A stretch of DNA of 64,000 nt, taken from an uncultured Bacilli bacterium. GTDB taxonomy: Bacteria; Bacillota_I; Bacilli_A; RF39; UBA660. The stretch spans positions 33,591-97,590 of the forward strand of contig CAJOJR010000001.1 in the NCBI GenBank assembly GCA_905235065.1, written 5' to 3'. Below are positions 49,713-58,384 of the stretch, piece by piece. Each line of letters opens with the position of its first letter. The first letter of the stretch is position 1. Both the position numbers and the translations under genes were made by a program. The notes below the pieces were generated by a model. The model had not been told where the DNA came from, searched no databases, and was given only the letters and a program-made list of their open reading frames with translations.

Positions 49713-50388
49713 GTCTCGTAAATATTACTTTCATAGTTTTAAAAATACATAATAAATCTAATTTAAAACCCATGTTTTTTACATAGTAATATTCCAATTC
49801 TAACCTTTTTTTATAGGTAGTTGCACTTCTTCCATTAACAGCCCACCACCCAGTAATTCCTGGTTTAACACTTTCATAAATTTTATGATTGCCTTTATGT
49901 TCATCAAGTTCACCAGGTATTAATGGCCTTGGGCCGATTAAAGAAAGACTGCCAAATAATACATTTATAAATTGAGGCATTTCATCAATTGAACATTTTC
50001 TTAAAATTTTTCCAATTTTAGTTATTCTAGGATCATCATCTAACTTTTGAAATTTTTCCCATTCTTCTCTATATTTCTTTTGCTTTAAAAGTTTTTTTAA
50101 TTCTTCATCAGCATTCCAGCACATACTTCTAAATTTATACATCTTAAAGACTTTACCATTTTTACCAACTCTTTTGTGAGAATAAAAAATAGAATGAAAG
50201 TCACCACTAAAAATATAGAATAATTTAACTATTAAAGATACTGGCACCAAAAAAACAATTCCTATAATAGAAAAAACAATATCAAAAATTCTTTTAATAA
50301 AAAAATAAAAAGCTTTTCTTAATTTTGATAAAGTATTACTTATTACCATAGAAGTTGTTAAACTAACATCATTATTCATACTTAACAC
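49699..50388 (-). CDS. Initiating sugar-phosphate transferase (bacterial sugar transferase family; small WbaP/CpsE-type undecaprenyl-phosphate hexose-1-phosphate transferase).
   Basis: It has one TM plus the conserved C-terminal catalytic domain ...KMYKFRSM...DEMPQFINVLFGSLSLIGPRP.... Length is 229 aa. Confidence 0.75.
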   Translation of the reverse strand: MLSMNNDVSLTTSMVISNTLSKLRKAFYFFIKRIFDIVFSIIGIVFLVPVSLIVKLFYIFSGDFHSIFYSHKRVGKNGKVFKMYKFRSMCWNADEELKKLLKQKKYREEWEKFQKLDDDPRITKIGKILRKCSIDEMPQFINVLFGSLSLIGPRPLIPGELDEHKGNHKIYESVKPGITGWWAVNGRSATTYKKRLELEYYYVKNMGFKLDLLCIFKTMKVIFTRHGAK

Positions 50389-50532
50389 ACCTTTTCTAAC
50401 ACATTTTATAATTTAAATCTTTAAATTTTCATAACTATTATATCATATAATAAAAGCTAAAAACAACAAAACAAAAATGAATTTTACATTTAACACAATA
50501 TTTTAAAATTGATACAACAAAAAAAGAAAATC
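50389..50532 (-). promoter_or_regulatory. Intergenic region upstream of the sugar-transferase gene with a TATAAT -10 element and RBS AAAAGG.
   Basis: The gene-direction sequence ...tatgaTATAATagttatg... lies about 70 nt upstream of the ATG. Confidence 0.3.
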
Positions 50533-50979
50533 TTATTTTTCTTTTTCATTAGGCTCAGGAATCTGATCTATCCCTGATATTGGATTTTGTAATTTCAAAT
50601 CCTCTTTTATTTTTGTTGTTGAAATACCTTCAGTTCTATCTAAATAAACTACTTCACAGTAATCTTTTAAATACTCAAATTTATCACTTCCGGCCCAATC
50701 TCCACCCATAACAACTACATCAACTTGGTATTTTTTCACATCATCAATTTTTTGTTCCCAGCTTTCTTCAGGTATTACCAAATCAACATATCTAACTGCT
50801 TCAAGCATTTTCTTTCTTGTTTCATAATTATGATAAGTTTGCTTTCCTTTTAAATTATTAAATTCTTCCGTTGAGAGAGCAACGATAAGATAATCTCCTA
50901 ACGCTTTTGCTCTTTGCAATAATCTTATATGACCATAATGCAATAAATCAAACGTTCCATAAGTTAGTATTCTTTTCAC
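50533..50979 (-). CDS. tagD: Glycerol-3-phosphate cytidylyltransferase (CDP-glycerol synthase), apparently with a GTG start.
   Basis: It is 148 aa with the cytidylyltransferase HxGH motif (...YGTFDLLHYGHIRLL...) and RTEGISTT. Confidence 0.85.
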   Translation of the reverse strand: MKRILTYGTFDLLHYGHIRLLQRAKALGDYLIVALSTEEFNNLKGKQTYHNYETRKKMLEAVRYVDLVIPEESWEQKIDDVKKYQVDVVVMGGDWAGSDKFEYLKDYCEVVYLDRTEGISTTKIKEDLKLQNPISGIDQIPEPNEKEK

Positions 50980-50989
50980 ACAATCACCT

Positions 50990-51045
50990 ACTTCTAATTG
51001 ATCTTATAATAGTATAACAAAAATATATATTATAAACAAGCAAAA
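50990..51045 (-). promoter_or_regulatory. Candidate tagD promoter (-35 TTGCTT, extended -10 TGTTATACT).
   Basis: These were read in the gene direction: TTGCTTgtttataatatatattttTGTTATACT, about 35 nt upstream of the RBS. Confidence 0.3.
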
Positions 51046-51095
51046 TGATAAAATAAGCACTGATTTAAATAATAATATTAATTTTTACATATCAA

Positions 51096-51122
51096 AAAAA
51101 TAATCTTTTGTAGATTATTTTG
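51096..51122 (-). terminator. Hairpin plus T-run downstream of tRNA-Arg (terminator).
   Basis: The hairpin AAAATAATCT-acaaa-AGATTATTTT is followed by TTTTT on the minus strand. Confidence 0.4.
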
Positions 51123-51271
51123 ATTCTTTTTTAATTATTAAAACCATTAAAGATATTGAAATTATTATCAATTGAAGTAAATGCTCTTTTAATTCAAATC
51201 CGGTTTGAGGTGGATCTATCATATTTAATATTATTTTTAGATAATATTTTATTTAATAATTACATAATAAA

Positions 51272-51348
51272 TGGCGTCCCCGACTGGAATCGAACCAGCG
51301 ACCTACAGCTTAGGAGGCTGTCGCTCTATCCTGCTGAGCTACGAGGAC
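51272..51348 (-). tRNA. tRNA-Arg (anticodon CCU) with encoded CCA.
   Basis: The gene-direction sequence GTCCTCGTAGCTCAGCAGGATAGAGCGACAGCCTCCTAAGCTGTAGGTCGCTGGTTCGATTCCAGTCGGGGACGCCA folds as a cloverleaf. It has a 7-bp acceptor stem, D-arm GCTC/GAGC, anticodon loop CTCCTAA and T-arm GCTGG/CCAGT with TTCGATT loop. Confidence 0.9.
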
Positions 51349-51388
51349 ACAACTTAATTATAACAAATAAAAAGGACTAGTTGTAGTC

Positions 51389-51949
51389 CTAAATAAACTT
51401 AAATACATTATTAACTAATTCTAATGTAAACACTATTGCTAAAGCACCAGTATATTTAACTTGATATCTTCCAAATTCATAAACACTAACAACCTTATCA
51501 GCAAGATTCACAATATGTGATTCTTTATATTGAGGCATTTTATGTGTTACAGGAAACATGTGTGATAGTATAATATCTTTTTCTGTATCATTTATTTCAA
51601 AATATTTAGAGGCATTTTCATAAGCCTTTTCTGGATGAACTTTGAATCTTTTTGCATTTAAATTATCTAATTCATCATTCAAAAAGAAATCATGCATTAA
51701 AGCTCCTCTTGTTGTTGAAATATAATCCAACTTTAAAAACTTGGAAATACCATAACTCATTTTAGCAACTCTATTAATGTGTTCTATTCTTGATGTGCCA
51801 TGGTGATTTTCCTTAGATAATTTTTTGTATTTATTATTTTTTATAAATTCTTTATATATTTTTTTATATTCCATATTACTCACTTCTTGCCATAACAAAA
51901 GCTTAATAATTATATCATGATTTTTATCAAAAGTAAAGTTTATATCCAT
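51389..51949 (-). CDS. HD-domain metal-dependent phosphohydrolase.
   Basis: It has ...HHGTSRIEHINRV... (H...HD-type metal ligands) and ...LMHDFFL.... Length is 186 aa, possibly shorter if it starts at MEYKK.... Confidence 0.6.
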   Translation of the reverse strand: MDINFTFDKNHDIIIKLLLWQEVSNMEYKKIYKEFIKNNKYKKLSKENHHGTSRIEHINRVAKMSYGISKFLKLDYISTTRGALMHDFFLNDELDNLNAKRFKVHPEKAYENASKYFEINDTEKDIILSHMFPVTHKMPQYKESHIVNLADKVVSVYEFGRYQVKYTGALAIVFTLELVNNVFKFI

Positions 51950-52305
51950 CTAGGTATATATAGATTACGTGTATAGAATTCACAATATTTATCATATGCT
52001 TCAACTATTTTTTTTGATATAAATTCAAATACATTATTAGTTCCAACTTTAATTCTTAAACTGGCCATTAAGTTGGCTATTTCTTTTTTAAACTCACTAT
52101 CTTCAAAATATTTATTAACTGATTTAGTTAATCTTTTTAATAATTCTATTTGTTCGTTATTATTTACATCTATACTAAAAGTATATTCCTGAAATATTTG
52201 AATTATTTTAGTTGAAACTGTATCGTTTTCCATAATTTCTTGTTCCATAATTCTATAATAATCAGGGCAATGCTTTAATATTTCTAAATTTTTAGTTACT
52301 GCCAT
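51940..52305 (-). CDS. Hypothetical protein (121 aa).
   Basis: The ORF overlaps the start of the HD gene (operon-like). No motif was recognised. Confidence 0.35.
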   Translation of the reverse strand: MAVTKNLEILKHCPDYYRIMEQEIMENDTVSTKIIQIFQEYTFSIDVNNNEQIELLKRLTKSVNKYFEDSEFKKEIANLMASLRIKVGTNNVFEFISKKIVEAYDKYCEFYTRNLYIPRWI

Positions 52306-52318
52306 AAATCCCCCACTA

Positions 52319-53371
52319 CTATAATAATCTTAATATATCATTTAATGTTACAAATATAGTTAGTAGTATTAATAATCCAAAGCCAACATAGTTTAGTATT
52401 AATTCTAATTTAGGGAATTTTTTACCTGCAATTTTTTCAATTATAACTAGTAATACTCTTCCACCATCGAATACTGGAATTGGAAGTAAATTCACTATTC
52501 CTACATTAACACTTAAATATGCAATTAAATATATTATACTCTCAAGTCCTGTTGATTTTACTTGATCAATTACAGTAAATATTCCAACTGGTCCACTTAA
52601 ATTTTTAACAGACACACTTCCAGTAAATAAATTTATAAGTACTAAAGTAATTGATTTACACATTTCAGCAAAACCAGTAAATCCATATTTTAATGCATTT
52701 ATAAATCCGCGAGTTTTTGGTGCAGACCCAATACCTATTCCATAAGAATTAACTTCTTTTCCTTCTTCGTCTGTCACTTTATTTGGAACTATTGTTAATT
52801 TTGTATCGCTATTATCTCTTTCCACTACAAAATCATAACTATCTAATGCTTTTTTAACAGATATTTCAAGTAGTACATCATCCCATGTTGCCATCTTGGC
52901 ACCGTTAATTTCTTTTATTATGTCTCCTTCTTTAAGACCAGCTGATTCTGCAGCACCGCCTTCAACAATTTGACCCACCACTGGTGTGTTGTTTGGGACT
53001 CCATATATAAGTCCATTTATAAACAACATAACTATACATAAGATGAAATTCATTATTATTCCCATTAATAAAACTAATAGTCTAATAAAAAAGTTTTTAT
53101 TCTCTAGTATTTGATCTTTTCTTAACTTTTGACCTTTTACTTCTTCATTGGCCATTGCCACATATCCACCAATTGGAAACAATCTAATTGAATATGTAGT
53201 TCCACCTTTATCTTTCTTACTTTTCCAAATCACAGGTCCCATTCCAAGAGCAAATTCTTCAACATATACTCCTGCTTTTTTAGCAGAAATAAAATGTCCA
53301 AATTCATGTATAGATATTATAAGGCCTAAAATAAATATTAATATTAATAATGTTATTATAAAATTCATCAT
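52319..53371 (-). CDS. rseP: RseP/RasP regulated-intramembrane-proteolysis zinc metalloprotease (M50, with PDZ domain).
   Basis: It has HEFGHF (HExxH) in TM1, a central PDZ domain and the C-terminal ...LLPIPVFDGG... motif. It is 350 aa and adjacent to cdsA. Confidence 0.85.
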   Translation of the reverse strand: MMNFIITLLILIFILGLIISIHEFGHFISAKKAGVYVEEFALGMGPVIWKSKKDKGGTTYSIRLFPIGGYVAMANEEVKGQKLRKDQILENKNFFIRLLVLLMGIIMNFILCIVMLFINGLIYGVPNNTPVVGQIVEGGAAESAGLKEGDIIKEINGAKMATWDDVLLEISVKKALDSYDFVVERDNSDTKLTIVPNKVTDEEGKEVNSYGIGIGSAPKTRGFINALKYGFTGFAEMCKSITLVLINLFTGSVSVKNLSGPVGIFTVIDQVKSTGLESIIYLIAYLSVNVGIVNLLPIPVFDGGRVLLVIIEKIAGKKFPKLELILNYVGFGLLILLTIFVTLNDILRLL

Positions 53372-53377
53372 ATCCTC

Positions 53378-54181
53378 CTACCCAATATAATTAATAATTA
53401 TGTATAGTGCTAATAGAACAAATAAGAAGCTATCCATTCTATCCAATACTCCACCATGACCTGGCATTATCTTACCATAATCTTTTATTTTAAAATTTCT
53501 TTTAATTGCACTAAATACTAAATCGCCTATAGTTGATATAATTGATAATATCGAAATTAACAAAATAAGTAAAAATATATTTCCATCATAATTAAATATT
53601 GTTATATAAGTTGGTACACATATTATTAAGCAAAATACCAATCCACCAATAAATCCTTCAACAGTTTTATTTGGTGATATTTCAGGACAAAATTTGTGTT
53701 TTCCAATTAAAGAACCTGTTACAAGTGCAAATGTATCAGATGTTATCGTAATAAGCAATATCATAATTAAGTAATATATATTAAATTCTCTAATCGTCAT
53801 AAGAAGTCCAAAACTTATTGATAAAAATATATTAATAAGGAATAAATATGAAACATCTTTTATACTATACTTATTTTCATCTTTATAAATGATTAATCCA
53901 ATTAATAAAGCTACCATTAAAAGTAAAAAATATTTTACTGATAATATAACTTCAAAATCATTATTCATAGTATTATTTAATAAATAAAATACTAAAAAAC
54001 ACAATGTTAAAAATTTCATAAATAACGGAATCTTTTTTTCGTTTTCTTTAGCTTTTATTAATTCATACAATCCAATTACTCCAAGTATTAATACTCCAGC
54101 TTTGTATAAATTTCCACCAATCAGAATAATTGGTGTTATTAATATGCTTGCAATAATCGCACTTATTACCCTTTGCTTCAT
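53378..54181 (-). CDS. cdsA: Phosphatidate cytidylyltransferase (CDP-diglyceride synthase).
   Basis: It is polytopic, with the C-terminal signature ...KRNFKIKDYGKIMPGHGGVLDRMDS.... Confidence 0.85.
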   Translation of the reverse strand: MKQRVISAIIASILITPIILIGGNLYKAGVLILGVIGLYELIKAKENEKKIPLFMKFLTLCFLVFYLLNNTMNNDFEVILSVKYFLLLMVALLIGLIIYKDENKYSIKDVSYLFLINIFLSISFGLLMTIREFNIYYLIMILLITITSDTFALVTGSLIGKHKFCPEISPNKTVEGFIGGLVFCLIICVPTYITIFNYDGNIFLLILLISILSIISTIGDLVFSAIKRNFKIKDYGKIMPGHGGVLDRMDSFLFVLLALYIIINYIG

Positions 54182-54235
54182 ATAATCACTACCCTCATAT
54201 AAAATTATATCATAATATTTAAATATTTAATACTT

Positions 54236-54661
54236 TTATTTTAAAACATCAATATTATTTATAACTAATTGATATTCATTTAATCTTTTTTCCACTTTAC
54301 AGAATAAATCTACAACTTGCATTTTTCTTAATTTATCATATATTTTTTTATAATATGATGGAAATATTACTCCACTAATATTACCATATTCATCCGATAA
54401 TTTTAAAAAAGCCATAGATTCACCATTTTTGGTTTTTATTTCTTTTATACTTTCAATTAACATTATTACGTGAATGTTTTTATCAAAATATAAATTCATA
54501 TTTTTAGTATTAACAATATTATTTCTTTTATATCTTGTTACTGGGTGATTAGTAAAATAAAATCCTAATAATTCTTTTTCACTTTCTAGTAAATAATTAT
54601 CATCATATTCATCATATTTAATTATTTCCGGAAGCATTGAATAGTTTTCTCCAACCTGCAT
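54236..54661 (-). CDS. dnaE: DnaE C-terminal OB-fold segment (141 aa), in a different frame from the upstream 820-aa ORF. This indicates a frameshift within an A-run at about 54662-54666.
   Basis: ...EKELLGFYFTNHPV... matches the DnaE C-terminal OB domain. It is separated from the preceding ORF by TAG plus 5 nt (ttaaa) and a +1 frame change. Confidence 0.6.
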   Translation of the reverse strand: MQVGENYSMLPEIIKYDEYDDNYLLESEKELLGFYFTNHPVTRYKRNNIVNTKNMNLYFDKNIHVIMLIESIKEIKTKNGESMAFLKLSDEYGNISGVIFPSYYKKIYDKLRKMQVVDLFCKVEKRLNEYQLVINNIDVLK

Positions 54662-54666
54662 TTTAA

Positions 54667-57129
54667 CTAATTTATTACCACTTCAAGATTTTCTATTAAT
54701 GTTTTTCTATTAGTTTTAAAGCTATCAAAAGCACCAGATAAAACTAAAGACTCTATTACTTTTTTATTTATTATTTTAGAATAGCATCTTGATACAAAGT
54801 CTATAAAATCTTTAAACTCTCCCTTTTTTCTTTCTGATAATATTTCATTTACTACATTTAAACTTATTCCTTTTATAACATTTAAAGGAAGTGTTATTAG
54901 ACCCTTAAATCTATAATATTTATTAGTACTTAAATTTATATCAAGACTTCTAAACTTCAAACCCAATAGTTTAGATTCATCTATGTACTCTTTTGTTTTT
55001 TGTTCTCTGCCTATTTCTTTATTTAACAAATTTATCATAAATATATGAGGATAATTTGCTTTTAAATAACCCATTTGATAAGCAACAAAAGCATAAGCCA
55101 CCGAATGAGACTTATTAAATCCATAATTAGCAAATTTCATTATCATATCGTAAACATTATTTATTATTGATTCATTATATCCCAAAGATTTGCTTCTTTT
55201 TATAAAGTTATCTTTTTCTTTTAAAAGAATGCTCTCATCTTTACTCTTAATTGCTGATCTTATAATATCTGCTTCTGAATATGAATACCCTCCCATAACT
55301 TTAAGAATTTCTAAAAGCTGTTCCTGATAAACCATAATACCTAAAGTTTCACTTAATATTGGTTCAACTTCTTTTGCAGGATAAGTAATTTTTTCACCAC
55401 CACTTTTCCTTTTTAAAAATGTTGGTATCATTTTTATAGGGCCCGGTCTAAACATAGCAATGGAAACAACTAGATCACTAAATGAATTAACATTCATTTT
55501 CTTAATTAAATTTCTCATACCAGCACTTTCATATTGAAATATTCCAGTAGTATCTCCTTTTTTGAATAAATCAAGTGTTTTTTTATCATCAAGAGGAATG
55601 TTATTAAGATTTATATTATTACCTGTTTCAATACTTATTTCTTCAAGTATTTCTTCAATAATAGATAAATTTCTTATACTAAGAAGATCTATTTTTAAAA
55701 TACCCAAATCTTCAATATAATGTTTATCATAACCAACTATAATGTTATCTCCACTTTTGAATAATGGGACTTTATTAGTAAGAACCTCACTATCTATAAC
55801 AACTCCAGCCGCATGAATGCTAGGATGCTTTTTCAATCCTTCTAAATGTTTAGATATTTCTAATAGCTTAATGTACTCTTTATTAAACTTAATTAAATCT
55901 TTATATTTATTCTTATTCTCTAATGACTCTAGTGATTCATTATCATTGAGTAAACTTATTAATCCATCTAATTTACTAGTACTAATACATAATACCTTAC
56001 CTATATCTCTTAACACTTGTTTAGGCAGTAGTGTTGAAAAAGTTATTATATTACCAACTTTATAGATACCATATTTCTCTTTAACATAATTAATAACCTT
56101 ATCTCTTTTAGTGTCACTTATATCAATATCAATATCCGGCATTGAAACTCTTGCTGGATTCAAAAATCTTTCAAATAACAAATTATATTTTAATGGATCT
56201 ATATCAATAATACCCAAACTGTAACTCACTAAACTACTTACCGCACTTCCTCTTCCGGGTCCAACATAAATGTTATTTTTTTTAGCATATAAAACAATGT
56301 CGTAAACTATTAAAAAATAGTCTACAAATCCAGTACTTTCTATTATAGAAAGTTCATAATCAAGTCTTTCTTTATATTTAGAATTTATCTTATTATTTAA
56401 TCTTTTATTTAATCCTTTATAACATAATTCTTTCAAAAAAAGTAAAGAATTATCTGTATATTTTGGTAAATTAAATTCAAATTTGGGAAGTTCAATATTT
56501 ATTAAATTACTAAACTTTATATTAGTATCTCTATCAAACTCATTAATATTTAAATTTATATAATTATTATCAAATTTATAATTAACATTATCATTAATAG
56601 TTTTAGAATCTTTTAACATATATAGATAGTTTAAATATTTATAATCAGATTCATTAAAACACAATACTTCATTCATATATAAAACATTATTAGTTATATC
56701 TTTTATTTCATTAAATTCTAATTCATTTTTATATCTAACATACACTAGGTCATAAATGTTTTTAAAATATTCATAATCTTCTTTAATACACACACATATT
56801 AAATTAAATTTATAATTTTTTAAAACATCTATATTTAACTCATTTACATTTTTTTCACTAACTATTTTGCATAGATTTTGATAACCTTTAAAGTTTTTAG
56901 CATATAATATAATTTTCTTATTATCTATGTTAATATCTATACCAACGATTGGTTTTATATTATTTTTTTTACATGACTCATAAAATTCCATAAATGAAAA
57001 TAGATTTGAATCAGTAACTCCAAGAGTGCTTATATTATTAATTTTGGCATAAGAAATTAAGTCTTTTACTTTTATAAGACTTGTTAAAAGTTCATAATCG
57101 GTTTTAATATTTAATAAAATATTACTCAT
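54667..57129 (-). CDS. dnaE: DNA polymerase III alpha subunit DnaE, N-terminal 820 aa, with a degenerate PHP domain.
   Basis: The Pol IIIα palm and fingers blocks are present (...GIMVYQEQLLEIL..., ...FANYGFNKSHSVAYAFVAYQMGYLKANYP...). The N-terminal PHP region has lost the usual His residues (NILLNIKTDYELL instead of the HLHVHS type). The ORF stops 5 nt before the next ORF. Confidence 0.8.
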   Translation of the reverse strand: MSNILLNIKTDYELLTSLIKVKDLISYAKINNISTLGVTDSNLFSFMEFYESCKKNNIKPIVGIDINIDNKKIILYAKNFKGYQNLCKIVSEKNVNELNIDVLKNYKFNLICVCIKEDYEYFKNIYDLVYVRYKNELEFNEIKDITNNVLYMNEVLCFNESDYKYLNYLYMLKDSKTINDNVNYKFDNNYINLNINEFDRDTNIKFSNLINIELPKFEFNLPKYTDNSLLFLKELCYKGLNKRLNNKINSKYKERLDYELSIIESTGFVDYFLIVYDIVLYAKKNNIYVGPGRGSAVSSLVSYSLGIIDIDPLKYNLLFERFLNPARVSMPDIDIDISDTKRDKVINYVKEKYGIYKVGNIITFSTLLPKQVLRDIGKVLCISTSKLDGLISLLNDNESLESLENKNKYKDLIKFNKEYIKLLEISKHLEGLKKHPSIHAAGVVIDSEVLTNKVPLFKSGDNIIVGYDKHYIEDLGILKIDLLSIRNLSIIEEILEEISIETGNNINLNNIPLDDKKTLDLFKKGDTTGIFQYESAGMRNLIKKMNVNSFSDLVVSIAMFRPGPIKMIPTFLKRKSGGEKITYPAKEVEPILSETLGIMVYQEQLLEILKVMGGYSYSEADIIRSAIKSKDESILLKEKDNFIKRSKSLGYNESIINNVYDMIMKFANYGFNKSHSVAYAFVAYQMGYLKANYPHIFMINLLNKEIGREQKTKEYIDESKLLGLKFRSLDINLSTNKYYRFKGLITLPLNVIKGISLNVVNEILSERKKGEFKDFIDFVSRCYSKIINKKVIESLVLSGAFDSFKTNRKTLIENLEVVIN

Positions 57130-57149
57130 AATTACACTCTTTCTTGAAT

Positions 57150-57224
57150 TTTATTATAACATTTATTTGACTTATTAGTAAATATATGTTAAATTATTAA
57201 AGAGTTTTGAAGGAGGAAACAAAA
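57150..57224 (+). promoter_or_regulatory. rpmB promoter region (-35 TTGACT) and strong RBS AGGAGG.
   Basis: The sequence ...tatTTGACTtattagtaaatatatgttaaat...gAAGGAGGaaacaaaaATG was read directly. Confidence 0.35.
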
Positions 57225-57398
57225 ATGGCAAAAAATGTATCAAAGAAAAATAATATGAGTGGAAATAACAGACCTTTTTCATTAAAAGCTACTAGAATGG
57301 TTCAAAAAGTTAATTTACAAACAGTTAAAGTTGATGGAAAAAAAGTTAGACTTTCAGCATCTGAAATAAGAAATATGAAAAAATCAAAAGCTGCTTAA
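57225..57398 (+). CDS. rpmB: 50S ribosomal protein L28. The start is at MAKNVSKK, not the upstream Met of the ORF track.
   Basis: It has ...MSGNNRPFSLKATRMVQKVNLQTVKVDGKKVRLSASEIRN..., which fits L28 (...GNNRSHA.N.TKR.....LQ.V....DG....V.VSA...R). The RBS is AGGAGG 8 nt upstream of the second ATG. Confidence 0.75.
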   Translation: MAKNVSKKNNMSGNNRPFSLKATRMVQKVNLQTVKVDGKKVRLSASEIRNMKKSKAA

Positions 57399-57410
57399 TA
57401 TAATTGATTT

Positions 57411-57446
57411 AAAAAATACATTTTCTTTTGAAAATGTATTTTTTTA
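57411..57446. terminator. Bidirectional terminator between rpmB and the dCMP deaminase gene.
   Basis: The hairpin AAAATACATTTTC-tttt-GAAAATGTATTTT is flanked by T-runs. Confidence 0.6.
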
Positions 57447-57449
57447 TTA

Positions 57450-57962
57450 TTAGTATTTTTTTCTTAAAGTTAATGTAACTTCTTTTTCTGGAACATATTC
57501 TCGATATTTAACACCGCACATTTCAAATATCCTTTTAGCTGCGATATTTGAATCTGTTCCGTTATATTTATCAGATAAATATACAACTTCTTTTATACCT
57601 GCTTGTGCAATTAATTTAGCACACTCATTACAAGGAAAAAGTGTTACATATATTCTAGAGCCTTTAAGACTCATACCTTGACCCACACAATGAGTTATGG
57701 CATTTGCCTCACTATGAACTACATAAGGATATTTTGTATCGTGATATTCCCCACTTCTATCCCATGGAAAATGTTCATCTTCCCATCCAACAGGAGTACC
57801 ATTATAGCCTTCTGATAATTTAATATTATCTTCATTAACTATACAACAACCCACTTGTGTATTAGGATCTTTACTTCTCATAGAAGCAAGTTCAGCTGAT
57901 GCCATAAAATATTCATCCCAACTTAAGTATTCTTTTCTCCCATTAAAGTAAGTCTTTCTCAT
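57450..57962 (-). CDS. dCMP deaminase (ComEB-like cytidine/deoxycytidylate deaminase).
   Basis: It has the zinc-binding motifs HSEANAI and PCNECAKLI and is 170 aa. Confidence 0.8.
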   Translation of the reverse strand: MRKTYFNGRKEYLSWDEYFMASAELASMRSKDPNTQVGCCIVNEDNIKLSEGYNGTPVGWEDEHFPWDRSGEYHDTKYPYVVHSEANAITHCVGQGMSLKGSRIYVTLFPCNECAKLIAQAGIKEVVYLSDKYNGTDSNIAAKRIFEMCGVKYREYVPEKEVTLTLRKKY

Positions 57963-58384
57963 TAATAGTTTTCTTTCCTTTCCAAATCCCTCTTTTTTAT
58001 TGTTTCTCTTTTATCATAAAGCTTTTTACCTTTACAAATACCTAACAATATTTTTGCTTTACCTCTAACAAAATAAACTTTAAGAGGTATTAAAGTACAG
58101 CCATTTAAATCAACTTGTTTAGATATTTTTTTTATTTCACTTTTGTGAAGTAAAAGCTTTCTTTCTCTTGTTTCTTCATGATTAAATATATTACCATCTT
58201 TATATTTAGAAATAAACATATTTATTAAATATATTTCACCGTTTTTAACCCTTGCATAAGAATCATTTATATTTGCAGAACCACTTCTTATACTTTTGAC
58301 TTCTGTTCCGACTAAAGAAATACCGCATTCTATTTCTTCAATAATGAAATAATTAAATCTTGCTTGTCTATTAACTATTTCCAT
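57962..58384 (-). CDS. smpB: SsrA-binding protein SmpB. The start is probably at MEIVNRQARFNY....
   Basis: It has conserved ...NRQARFNYFI...GISLVGTEVKSIR... and the C-terminal ...ERKLLLHK.EI.K tail. It follows rnr, as in Bacillus. Confidence 0.9.
   Translation of the reverse strand: MEIVNRQARFNYFIIEEIECGISLVGTEVKSIRSGSANINDSYARVKNGEIYLINMFISKYKDGNIFNHEETRERKLLLHKSEIKKISKQVDLNGCTLIPLKVYFVRGKAKILLGICKGKKLYDKRETIKKRDLERKENY

Noticed and set aside
51156-51380. A 74-aa plus-strand ORF.
   Set aside because: It overlaps the tRNA-Arg gene on the opposite strand, and its product simply reads through the tRNA sequence. It is spurious.
57399-57962. A tmRNA (ssrA) gene expected downstream of smpB.
   Set aside because: The dCMP deaminase gene begins immediately after smpB, and only a short terminator-containing spacer follows it. 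There is no room for a roughly 350-nt tmRNA here.
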